This document shows positions 1 through 11,591 of a stretch of DNA of 64,000 nucleotides, one piece after another. The first letter of the stretch is position 1. Every line of letters starts with the position of its first letter. This stretch comes from Sarea resinae (lineage: Eukaryota): assembly GCA_026026165.1 (NCBI GenBank), contig JAPEUD010000008.1, forward strand, positions 186,001 through 250,000, given 5' to 3'. A program made the position numbers and the translations under genes. Under the pieces are notes generated by a model. It ran no database searches and was not told the origin of the DNA. It worked only from the letters and a program-made list of their open reading frames with translations.

Positions 1-107
1 GGTTAAATACAGTATAGGTGCTTGATCAAATAGTGCAGCCAGCTAGGACTTGGCTGGTGGGCTCCGAATATATATCGCTCACTCACAATTTCGTGCCCCA
101 AGTATTG

Positions 108-1750
108 ATTGATTGATTGATTGACTGGTTGATGGACTGATTGATTAATTGATAACACACCCATTTTCGTTCTCTCACGCACAATCTTTTTTTCCGCCTT
201 CTATCTCTCTCTCTCTCTCTCTCTCTATCTATGCAGAAATATTCTTAGGGTCTATGTATATCATACATCAAGGAATCTCCCTTTTCGTTTTATCTTTTCA
301 TCTTTTTTCCCTATCACACACCTACTTCCGTGTCGGCTTACTACTTATTTATGTATCTGTTGGCTTGATTCGAGTTGAGCGAGCGAGCGATGAATGAATG
401 GATGGATGAAGGGACGGACGGACAGGCAATTTGTCTGCGATGGAGGCGATGAGATAGGTGGGGGAATGACAATGAGGATGAGATTGAGATTGAGATTACC
501 TACCTGTGCATATCTATTTGCCTACCTAACCATCTACCCGTCTGCCTGCCTATTTGCCTACCTAACTGTCTACCCGTCTGCCTGCCTACTTGTCTGCCTG
601 TCTTCCTGCCTGCCTGTCTACCTGTCTACCTGTCTACCTACCTACCTGTCTGCCTACCTACCTAATTACCTAACCTATACTACCTACCTACCTACATCCC
701 TACCTACATCCCTACCCGCCTATCAAGCCAGCTACTTGCCTCTTTGTCTACTTGACCTACCAGCACGTCCCATACACGTCCAAGATCTTGATAATATATG
801 TATATATATATATATATCCATGTCTACGCCGAACCATTCGAGATGTCAAACTCGAAGTCAAGATCACGGTCAATGTCGATATCAATGTCGATATCAATGT
901 CAAACTCAAGTCAAGATATCAATGTCACTGTCAAGTACAGAGAAGAGAACAGAACAGGAGACTCATCAGATGCTCACGGGATCGTAATGGTTTGTGGTTT
1001 GGGGTTTGGGGTTTAGGCTCGGAGTTGGCTTTGTATCTGTATCTGATCGTGTCATGTTCCCGTTGCAATCCCGGTCTTTGGTTTTGGGTTTTGGGTTTTG
1101 GCTTTCGGTTCTGGGTTTTATCGGGAGGGCGAAATGACGGGTTGTCGGTCATGTCATGTCATGTCAATTGGTCAGTCGGTCAGTCAGTCATGTCAGTTGA
1201 GTGGAGGTGACCTCTCCCCCCCTTTCTCCCCCTCTTTCCCCCCCCCCCCTCCCCCTTCTCCACCTCCGGGGGTAGGAGAATATTAATGACAGTGAAAACG
1301 AAAATGAAAACGGAGATGGAAATGAAGATGAAAACGGCAAGAAAAAAAAAAGGCTACAATAAAGACGCACGAGAAGGTTGTCTGGTAATCTGGTAATCTG
1401 GTATCTGGTATCTTATGTCCTATATCCTGTATGCTCTATCGATGTTGAAGCGATGCGATATCCCCATCTGCACGAAAACCAAGAAAAAGCCGCCCTAGAA
1501 TTCCCGAGACAGAGAGTCGTCGTGGAAAGGGTCACCGTGCATCATCACTGTCACTGTCACCGTCACCGCCATTGCCATCGTCATCGTCATCGTCGTCATC
1601 ATCATCGACATCTTCTCTCATTCCCGCCGCCCACTATCGTACCACATGGTATGTAACATATCCCACGCAAAAAGACGAAATTTACAAGAGAACGAAAAAG
1701 ACAAGGAAAGAAAAGAAAAGAAAAGAAAAGAAAAGAAAAGAAAAGAAGAG
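108..1750. repeat. Microsatellite-dense non-coding region: (TGAT)n, (TC)n, (TACC/TGCC)n, (TA)n, (GGGTTTT)n, (GTCA)n, C-tracts, (CAT/CGT)n, (AAAAG)n
   Basis: Directly visible tandem arrays, e.g. TACC/TGCC units about 497-760, (TA)n about 802-816 and (AAAAG)n about 1706-1747. ORFs here are translations of the repeats. Confidence 0.9.
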
Positions 1751-1765
1751 AGTCGGGTTTTTTCG

Positions 1766-4146
1766 TTAGACGTCCAGGTGGCCGCGGCCGCGTCCAGCGT
1801 TGATCTCATCTTCGTCGTCGTCGTCGTCGTTGATGTCGCTGGTCGGCACGACGTGCAGGAGGTCTTTGGTGCGTGGGCCGGTGTATTTCCTTTTTTGTTG
1901 AAGAAGGGGATCGGTTAGTGTGAGATTTCGGGGGGTTGGAAGGTGAGACGGTGTTTGAAAGAGAAGAGGAGGGTGGAGAACTTTTGAGAGGAGGTCTGCG
2001 GAAGAAGGCAGTAGAGCTAGTGGTATCAAATGACGGGGTGGGGGCTAGAAGGTGTGGTCGTAACATTGAAAAAGGGCATTGAGAGTGCGATGGACTTACT
2101 TCCTAGCACCAACCCACCACCAGCTCAGCGCGAAACAGGCGATAAAAGCCGCGACGCAGATGGCGTAGTTCCTGTTGAGATGGACCAGATCAGCTACACG
2201 CGAATATACACTTACACGCCCAAAACGAATCCCTCAAACCCCTCTCTTTGGAAAAACTCACATATTCTCGGCCGTGACGGGCCGAACCGTCGGCATGAAG
2301 AGCACGACGCTGATAAATACGACCCATGAGATCGCCACCACATTCACCACCTTGCCATACTTGCCCAGAGTATACGGGCCCTCGATGAAGCGGACGCGAT
2401 GTGCGTAGACGAGGCGCGCCAGGATGACGGCAATGTACGAGAGGTCCAGCGCCGGCGCCGTGACGTTGAAGATGGCCACGACCGTCTGCGAGGACCCGAT
2501 GCCGATCAAGTTGAGGCAGCTGCTGAAGACGACGGTGAGCCAGACGGCGTTGACGGGCGTATGGGTGTAGCGGTTCACGGTCGACCAGAAGCTGAGATAT
2601 CTCACGGGTTAGCTTTGCTGGAGTCAAGGAAGACGTCGAGAATGAAAAGGGGAGGCCTGTACTTCGAAAATGGAAGCGCATCATCTCTCGCAAAGGCATA
2701 TGCCATCCTCGTATCCGCAAGCATGGCACTACAGCCCGTGAAGAACTGTATCAGAATAACAAAGAACCACATCGCCGTCCCGCCCGCTCTTCCACCAGCG
2801 TTCAAGAAGATCTGAGCAGCAGGCAGGCCGGTCGGGGAGGCAAGGATGGCGTCGAAGTCGGTGAGACAGAAGCAGAATGTGATGGTCAGCATCCAGCCAA
2901 TGATACCAGAGGTCAAGACGGCCATGCGAATGGCAACAGGGCCGCGGATGGCTGCGTCGTGCGTTTCTTCGGACATGCTGAGGAAAGGGGGTTAGTCGCA
3001 GTAAAACAAGACACGGAGAGGAAATATCACTGGGTGGTCCCGTCATAGTCTGTCATTGTCCACGCTACAGAAAGGAACCTAAGAGGCGGTCATTATCAAG
3101 GGCTTTCGGTGTTGCTGAGGAATATTCGCACCCTAAGAGAAACGAAAAGCCCTTGCTGCCCCAACCTGAGCCGTCTGTCACCTCCGTGAAGACCCATTTT
3201 GCACTCTGCTTATCCGGAGTCAGGACCAGCAAAGCTATACAGATGCTGATCGAGGCAAGGACTTGGAAGGATCAGTACTCCATTCCCTCCCGGTGTGATC
3301 GTTCGCGTACCGTTTATTGGTGCAAACCAGAGAACGATCTTATGAAGGCTCTTGGTGGTCAAAGAGCAGATGACGCCCATGATACACAGAGCTAATATCG
3401 ATGCGAGAACCGTCTGTAGCGCCGTTCTGGGCAAGATCATTAGCTATGGAGGCCAAGCATGAGACACTGCTGACTTACGGAGAATAAGAATACGCTCCGT
3501 CTTCGTACTTGGAGTTCATGCTGGCACAGGCCAGGACCATCTGCGACACAGTGTATGCCACGCTGGACACGCCCGCGGTTTGCCCTAGAAAGTTACACCA
3601 CCCTACAATCCACGCCCATATCGCAACGTGTTCAGGGGGGACGACGTGCTTTGTCACGAAATACATTCCTCCTGCGGTGGGATATGCTGAGACCAATTCG
3701 GATACTGTTCGGATAAGTTGAGGCTCGAGTGGTAGTCAGGATCTGGCCATTACCTGAGCTTGCTATACACATGGCCATACATGATCCAACAAACCAACAC
3801 CAAACAGCAGTGGCTGGACCGCCGGCCGAGATGGGGCTTCCAAAAGTCGCTGGAACAGAGCCGAGCACTCCAAGGATGGATATCGCATAGGAGACGGTCG
3901 ACCACTTCGTGAATTCTCGGCGGAGCTCCTGTATATCCAAGATCAACAAAGCCTTCGCTGAGATTGGCTCGAATCTAGCCCTACTTGTTTGTAGCCTATC
4001 TGAGCAAGCAGTCGTTCGTCGTCATCTCGGATCGTTGCCATCTCCGGTCTGAGAGGGGTCTCGTTGTGCTGAGGAGACTTGCTGTCCGTTACAGTCAAGC
4101 CGGGCTTCTCGGCGATAGAGCCCTTTGACGATCCTGTAAGATCCAT
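1766..4146 (-). CDS. APC-superfamily amino-acid/GABA/polyamine permease, about 10 exons
   Basis: Spliced motifs: DDDERLLAQIGYKQ|ELRREF, GGPATAVWCW, ELVSAYPTAGGMYF, WTMTDYDGTTHMSEET, RMAYAFARDDALPFS and FIEGPYTLGKYG. Example introns: 3929-3984, 3262-3310, 1890-2099. The start could instead be the in-frame ATG at 4041. Confidence 0.92.
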
Positions 4147-6544
4147 TGGTTTCAGTCATGAATCGAACACTGGCCAAATGAGATCGTGGAATAGAGCTCG
4201 GACGAGGGCCAGATTGACGACCTGCGAGAAAGGTGACAGGAGAGGCATGGAATGTAAGAAAACCATTATATACATTTAACTAAGCCAATCAACGGACTGC
4301 ACGACTCCAAACCATGAGTTCATCTGAGAAAGGTGTATGGCAGCACTGTGGGGGCCCTAATTGAGGGGGCACTGGTATGATCCGCTAGCTCCCGTATGCC
4401 CTATAGAGAGAGAGCGAGAAAATAAGCCATTGACCGGTCCTATTCATATCATTCAACCTGTACGATGGCTCTGATATGCCCAATTGCCGGGAACCACCCC
4501 TTGCGCCTCGTAAGGCGCCAAAGGTCGGGATGCCCCAGACGAGGCCCTGAGGCGGTCCAACCCTACTAGAAGCGGCCGAACCGCTGATCTTAGACTGGAG
4601 AACCAAAAACTTCCGAACAGACGGATAGTGGAACCGCAAAGGCCACACTATCAACCTCGAGGCTTACCAGGTTCGTGGGCCGAGGGGCACGTAGTGAAAC
4701 GCCAGAACAGGACGTCCCTCGATCCAGCAAATTGGGCGGCTCTAGATGATACTTTTCAGGGCCGATGAGGTCACAAGCGGATCATAACTATCTTACTGAC
4801 GTACCGGTCGGCCTCCTCTTGCGACGTTCTCTAGAATCTCTCGGGCAAGAGATGGTGGTGGTGCTGAGCTGGCGTCGGAACGGTGCACCCTGGACTCAAG
4901 TACTCGAGTAGCGATCGAAAAGCAATTTCTCACGACGATCATGCCGGAGCCACGAGGAGTCGGGGGGTTTGACTAAGCCCATGGTGGCGGCCTTGGCCGA
5001 GATTACAGTCTTGATTTGGAGTCATCAAACGGGCACGGCGGCGCAAGCCTTCGAGGGAGACCCCGTCCTGGTCGGTGTCAGAGGGGGATTAGCGTCCGGG
5101 CACAGTCCTCCGGCGTCGGTGCAGTCGAGCACATCTCTCCTACGGAATCTCCGACGGAGTCGTCCAGTATCACGATGATACTTGTGTGCGCAGATGACCT
5201 CGAAGGGATGCGACCAGGCCTTGTTCGCGCATGACGCGTAGAGCGGTGTGGGCTTGGCCGCACCGGTGCAGCCATGTCGGAGAGCAGACACGCACCCTGC
5301 ACGTCCCGGCGATTGGCCGTCAGGATAAGCCTGATAGAGGCCGAACCCTTATCAGAGGGGTTTTGCACCCACGCACCCGTCGCATGGCCCAACAGATCCA
5401 ATGCAATAATAGAGGAGCACTCGGTCTGTGAATCCCCTTCGCCTTCATTCCGCTTTCCGCTTCCCGCTTTCCGCCCTGGAACAGAAACGGGAAACGAGAG
5501 ACGAGAAACGAGGCGGACGGACCGAGCCAGAACGGGAACTACTCTCCTTGCCGTCCTACCGTCCTACCGTCCCACCGTCCCACCGTCTCATCGTTCGCAC
5601 TACTCGTACTCTCTCGTCAGCAGGAAACCATCATCCATGGATGGCATCCGTTGCATGGATGCCACCATCATAATACACCTTTGGGCCAGCATGGATTCGT
5701 GCGCAGAGCTTCTCGTTGCATCATCGCCGAACATCCACGGATGGACCCTACCTCGGCCTACCTTCCCAACGCCAAGGGACCAAGGCGGCCCCGCGACGAG
5801 CATTGAGACCGTGTATGACAAACTTAAGTCACTGCTCGTACTCACTTCGCTTTGCTTTGCCTAGGTACCCCGCCAGGGAACTCTCGGTATTATTGTAGAG
5901 GGCTGGTCAACTCCAAGCCGCGAGTCAGCCTGGTTCGACCACCCCTCCAGAACCACTTCCACAGTCCATTCGACAGAGTACACATTATGTATACGACGTA
6001 CTTCGTACGAGGTATGCATTCGTTCCATTCGTTCCATGATGTGGTCGAACCGCGGTCGCGGTATTGACCGCCACCATCCATCCAATAATGCCTGCAGCAC
6101 TGCGGTAACGAATTCCCCAGCCCTGGCCCCCCACTCTGTGTCTCCTCTTATGGGGGAATTGGGGTCGGCATACGGTACCGTTACAGACCCAGTCGTCTGG
6201 ATGCAATGAATCATACAGATAGCCAGCCGAGCGCGGCGCAACAGCGATCATGATCTTGCTTACTCTCCACTTCCTGCACGAGGGCCGCATTCGACATCGT
6301 GCATGATGCGTCCGAGGGGTAAAGCCAGGATTCGTGTTGGGTCGGGTACGTCGCGTGACGGTAGGGCTCTGGCTCGGGGCGTTCTCGAAGAAACGGTATG
6401 CTCCCGCCAAGAAAACAGGATATTATTATACTCGAACCGACTATCTATGAACAGAAGTCTATATGGTGCCATCACGGAAGGTTGGTGATTGGCGAGTGTC
6501 TATACTTGAAAAGTTCCACCATATCTTGCCCCTCGTACCTTCAT

Positions 6545-8979
6545 CTACAGCTTGCTGGGGCAGCAAGAGCCCTCATTTCCAACCACCGCTTCCACTCCGG
6601 GTTGATGATGTTGCTCGGATAGCAAAGTTGACTTGTTGAAAGATTGCTCCGATGGCGGCACGTCCAGCGCGGGATTTTTGGTGAAGAAGTTGACGGGCTT
6701 CATCGAGACTCTCAGCATCTCCACTGGCATGACGGGAAAATCCTCGATGCGCGGTAAATGATTGATTCCAAATTGAAGCCAGAGAACAAAGTCGGTGTCT
6801 TTGACGCCATCCTTGCGGTTAGCCCAGGACCGGACACCGGTACCACCTCTCGACTGGTTGGTATATTTCCCGGCAGCGTAGAGTTCACCGTCCTTGTAGC
6901 TGGTGACATAGACGTTGTGGTCTGCAAACTCCGCGCGTTTGTGATGGAAACTGTCTTTGTCTGCCAGCATCTTCTGGAATGGAGGCAACTGGAACTTGTA
7001 GGCCACGGGCTTGCCGTTGATAGGGTTCTTGACCGCGGCGTTCTGAACCTTGAAGACTCGGTTCTTGTCGTAATCAGCGTCGTATCCACCGGACTTCTCG
7101 ACCACCGTCTCCGTTACGTAGTAGCCAACGCCGTGCGGGTTGAAGTCGGACCGCGGCATAGCGTACGCCTCATCGTAGACCAATCTGTTGTCGTATCCAT
7201 CGAGAGCCGGATCTACGCGGAGAGAGAAGAAATGCTGATGATGAGCAGCCAACACACCAGGGTGCACGATAGTACCCCAAGGCACCTCAACGCCCTCATC
7301 GATGGGCTGAGTGCTTAAGATGCCAGTAGCGCGGACTTCGTAGTCGATTCCGCCAGCTTGATTGAAGATGAAGGCGAGGATATACTCATAATTTGCGACG
7401 GTAATGATACTTCGTCACTTCAGTCAGCATTTGAATTTTTTACGGCGGGTATAGGATTAGGCTAAGCATACCTCTGCAAGACGAATTCGCGATTGCGGGT
7501 TACCACAGCGCGACCGGTTCTGTAATTGACGTGCTTCCAGCCAATTCCCGCATCCTGCTCGTGCAAACAAACAACGTTTTCCATATTCATGGGCTCGCCC
7601 TTGTCGTCATTCAAAATGGCATCTAGATAATGGATTGCTCCAAGGCAGTCACACCCGAGTTTTAGGTTGTTCGCCTTGGCAAAAGTTAGCACAATATAAT
7701 ACGTAGGACATGAATCAATCTAAAAAGCTGGCTTACCATGGTTCCTGCGCCAGCATCTCCGAGGTCGAACGCTGCCTTCTTATGGTAAGGACTTTGATCT
7801 GTCAGCTTCCCAATCTGCGTTTGTGCCATATTGATTGGAAATGCGATGAACTTACTGTCTAGGGTCTGCATATGGAATGTTCATGTCTGAGAGAGAAAGC
7901 CGGTAAAAGAGACTCCTGCCATCATAACGGACCTTGAAAAATAAAGTCAGTAATGAAAAGAATATACCAATTCCAGCCAATTTCTTACATTGTAAAGGAC
8001 CATGCCTTCTCTCTGGTTGAAACCAACTCGGAAAGACCATTTCTGCCATTCAATAATCGAGCTCTGTCCCTGCTGTGTGACTTTGAAACTACTACCCTCA
8101 GGTTGAACCACCCGCAGCGGTTTCAGGTCTGTTCGGAGCTTCTGAGCCTCTGGGATATATTCATTTGGTGGCTGTATCTTGTAGGGCTGTGTCTCCTTTG
8201 ATGTGTGGTCGGCTCCAGTCGGCATGAGGTCTATTCGAATGACAGTCATGTTCGTTGGGTCTACCACAGGCGATATCGCGAGCGGAAGGGCATAGTGATT
8301 TGAATCGGCCTCGGAAGGGTTCGCAGGATCCCGAATATAAAGGAAGCATTGCCACATCCTCTCATCATCATCGACACCGTCCGAGCCTTTCATGGTCAGC
8401 CCAAACCCGATCTTGTTTGACGCCTTACATACCATAAATCCATGGATCGCAGACTACCACGGTGCCTTCAGGAAGTTGTAATTTCGCAATTTCAGCCTTC
8501 ACTTTCTCGTCTTCGAGCGCGGCCTTCTCGATGGCCATGATTTCCGAAGCATCTCCGGGAGCGTGAAGGTTCGGCCCAAGACGCACATTGCTCTCAACTG
8601 TCTGTTTGGAGAGGTTGATGATGGCTTCGTGGAATTTGCTCTGTTCACGGGCAGACCGTCAGAATCGACGTATGTTCAGATAGATTCAATTGCATGTACT
8701 TACGGTGTTGCGGATGTAGTAGGACACAAATGCTCTTCGATCAATCGTTGGGAGGCTTTTGCCGCTGTGCTCGGCCTCTAGGAATGGCACAACCTCCCGC
8801 TTCTCTGGCTCTTGGAGGGTGATGGCTTTGAAATGAAGATTAGTCCCTGATGGGTACAAGCTATATGTGAGCCGAGCTCCTTCCTTGATCTCGGCAGCCG
8901 TCAACGGTGCCAGCGGATGAGAAGAATCTTGCTTCGTCGAGCTTGGAGCTGAGCTCGTGGAAACATTGTCGGTCGACAT
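6545..8979 (-). CDS. Copper amine oxidase (TPQ-dependent), peroxisomal, 7 exons
   Basis: N-terminal HPLAPL, LGCDC, TPQ consensus TVANYEY (about 7380-7405), Cu-ligand HHQH and HLPRIEDFPVMP motifs. The C-terminus is -SKL (PTS1). Confidence 0.95.
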
Positions 8980-10212
8980 GACTAGAGGCTTCGTAGAGAC
9001 AGAGTAGAAGGGAGAGAGAGGCGGGGGAAGAATCTGATGGGCGTCGGTAAAGCAGACGTCTTCTTTGATGGTCTCACCAGGTCAAAGAGAAGCCTGCTGA
9101 GAGGGATTTGATCTAGGTTTATATACGTCTGCGGTCGAGGAGCTATAATGACAGCGGCGGCGATATATCCGCATCCAACTGCCAGGTTCAGTAATAAGTG
9201 AATCTGGAAGCTCCCAGGTCTGGGCCCGAGCGTCGGCTCCGCCTCTTGCTCTTGAGGAAGAGGGTGGATATATGGGGGCAAGTCTGTCTTTTGCCCGCAG
9301 TGTAACTACCTACTATCGCACACTAATGGTAAGGTGCAAGGTCAGGTAAGGTAGTGACTGACTACTCGAACTAAGTAGATGATAATGATTCCCGTATGGA
9401 TTTGGAGTTGCTATCTTGATCCGCACCTACTGCGTACAAACCTTGGAAGATACTTTGCCTGACTCGGGTACCCGTACCATGCCGTGAGACAGCAGGAGGG
9501 AAAGTACTCGGAGTAGGCCCGTCTCGGGCCCTTCTCTGAGGTCTCTGAGGTATCTGAGGTATCTGTACCTGAGGTCCCAATTCTCTTAGCCGGGTTGTGG
9601 GGTACTGTCCCTAGCCGTCCCTGGGGCATTTGATCTCCCCCTACCTGACGCTTCTGGCCCAATCCAGATGTCATGTGGGACGCCGCTAGCCTCTTCCGGG
9701 AAGTCCTGCCGTTATCGATACCGACGACCGACGACTTCGGAGTCGACTGCGCATCCACGCCTGTACTTTGCTTACCCGTGATCAGCCTCCACGGCTCTTC
9801 ATGTTTCAAGCAATTCTTGTGTAGCGTCCTTCTCTGTTAGAGCAGAATGGCAGAACATGGCAATCACCGTTCCTCTTTGTCATGACAGCAAGCAATCATT
9901 CCAAATGACAATCACGTCTGTGCACCTGTTCGAACAGGGTAGATATGCTTTCTCATGAGCTTGTGCCTCCGGCCATTCAACCATTGTATTAAGTAGGTCC
10001 AACAGACGTACATGGTGGCAAATCTGTATGATGCTCGCTCCAGCTAACCTACATCTCCTTTCGTGGAAAATGCTGCATGAAGCCCCGACACGAATTCAGC
10101 TCTCCCAAAGACGATTGATAATAGAACGCATATCGAGGCCGTACAAAATCTGACAATATGGAGTCTCCCTGTTAAAAGTACAGCGAGAAGAATGCGGAAA
10201 CCAGCCGCCATC

Positions 10213-10908
10213 TCATTTCTCGTGCAGTGTGACCCATACGGGTCGTCTATCCCCCAGTCCCCTGGTCTGATCCCAGCCAACAGCAGCCAAAGTCTGCTTT
10301 GACCTCGCGTCGCTGAACAGAAATGTGCTTCCCTTCAACCAAGCCCCGTCTCCGACTTCGAGGCACTCGGTAAGCCCCATTGTCTCATCTACAGTGCTAT
10401 CAGTACCAAGCTGGTGGATGAGCTCCCGAATGGTGAGGCATATAGCTGGCGTATAGAGCTTGAAGCTGAATTCTTTCCCTGGATTCTCCCAGGGAAGATG
10501 AGCGTCGAGCAAGAGATGTACACACGTATGGTGCTGTGGGTAGAGGTAGTTCATCCCAGGCGGAGGCCCCGAGGCCCCATTCATAGTTAGTCCTCGCGAA
10601 GGTGCTGGACGGTAAGAACTCTCGTCGGGAGAGTGTGGTGGTGGTGGTGGAGGGGGAGGTGGAGGGGAGGGAGCAAGATGAGCAAGATGAGGATAAGAAG
10701 GAAACATCTCAAGGGGAATAAGCTGAAGAAACGCGACCGGGATCAAGTGCACCTCTGCTCCGGGAGCAAATGGAAATGGCTGAGGGGGCACAGGCGGGAG
10801 AACGGTATGATATGCTGGTGGTGGAGGATGCGGCGGTGGGCCACCATCCTCAGTAATGTAGTGCCCATCGTCCCTCCAACTGCTTGGTGCAGAACCTTCG
10901 CCAGCCAT
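10213..10908 (-). CDS. Hypothetical protein: Pro-rich N-terminus and a compact C-terminal domain
   Basis: Open frame from ATG 10908. The C-terminal segment (NYLYP...GLTECLEVGDGAWLKG...TLAAVGWDQTRG...PVWV) resembles an uncharacterised domain I recall from Pezizomycotina. An internal intron is not excluded. Confidence 0.7.
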   Translation of the reverse strand: MAGEGSAPSSWRDDGHYITEDGGPPPHPPPPAYHTVLPPVPPQPFPFAPGAEVHLIPVAFLQLIPLEMFPSYPHLAHLAPSPPPPPPPPPPHSPDESSYRPAPSRGLTMNGASGPPPGMNYLYPQHHTCVHLLLDAHLPWENPGKEFSFKLYTPAICLTIRELIHQLGTDSTVDETMGLTECLEVGDGAWLKGSTFLFSDARSKQTLAAVGWDQTRGLGDRRPVWVTLHEK

Positions 10909-11591
10909 GCTGTGATCGAACAAGGTAAATCGTACAACGAATCAAATTGATCCTAATCTTTTAGAGGAAAGGACAGCCCGGAAATTGCTGCGAATCTCTT
11001 CTTCTGATACCTTGCTTTCGTTTAACAGGAAACACTATGATCGTACAGATGAAGAAAATAGAGAAGAAAAGGTATTTGGTCCAGCCTCGTATCTGCGCCG
11101 ATTGTATGCCCGGAAGGAGAAGGAACTTGGGAGAGGCCTGCTTTTAAGCATCCGTGGGGTCCTGGGCTTGGACGCAATTTGTGAGAAGTGTGATTGAATT
11201 TCACCGCAATCGCTTCACCAAGCTGATTCACTCCCAAGGAGTATCGTTTGAGTCATACTTTGTCCAAGATGCGAAATTGCTCGTGCGCCCTCGGCTATCT
11301 CCATTCTCTGCTCCTCTATTTTGGCACTTAAATCCAATCCCGGATTAATGCCAGAAGCCGCAGCGAAGTTGACCCTAGAATTTGAAGACTATATAGTATG
11401 TAGGACTGATTGTGCTGTACGGACGAACACGGCCCTTCAAATCTGTGAAAGTGCTGTGATAGAGATCTCCATAGTGTCAACAGTAAGACAAATCTGGGCT
11501 TCGGACACGGGATAGCATAGCTGGTGCATTATCCGAGCGGTACCACCTAACACCTTCTATCTTAGTCTCCGCCAGTCTGAAAGATAGCATA

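Noticed and set aside
988..1100. Telomere-like GGGGTTT/GGGTTTT repeats
   Set aside because: Only a few imperfect units, not TTAGGG arrays, embedded among other SSRs.
394..1286. ORFs of 197, 152 and 72 aa at the window start
   Set aside because: They are translations of TACC/TGCC, TA and GTCA microsatellites with no domain or splice support.
5895..5950. tRNA suggested by GGTTCGACC
   Set aside because: No T-stem, D-arm or acceptor-stem pairing.
11497..11512. 16-mer GGGCTTCGGACACGGG also found at about 45610
   Set aside because: About one exact 16-mer match is expected by chance in 64 kb, and the flanks are unrelated.
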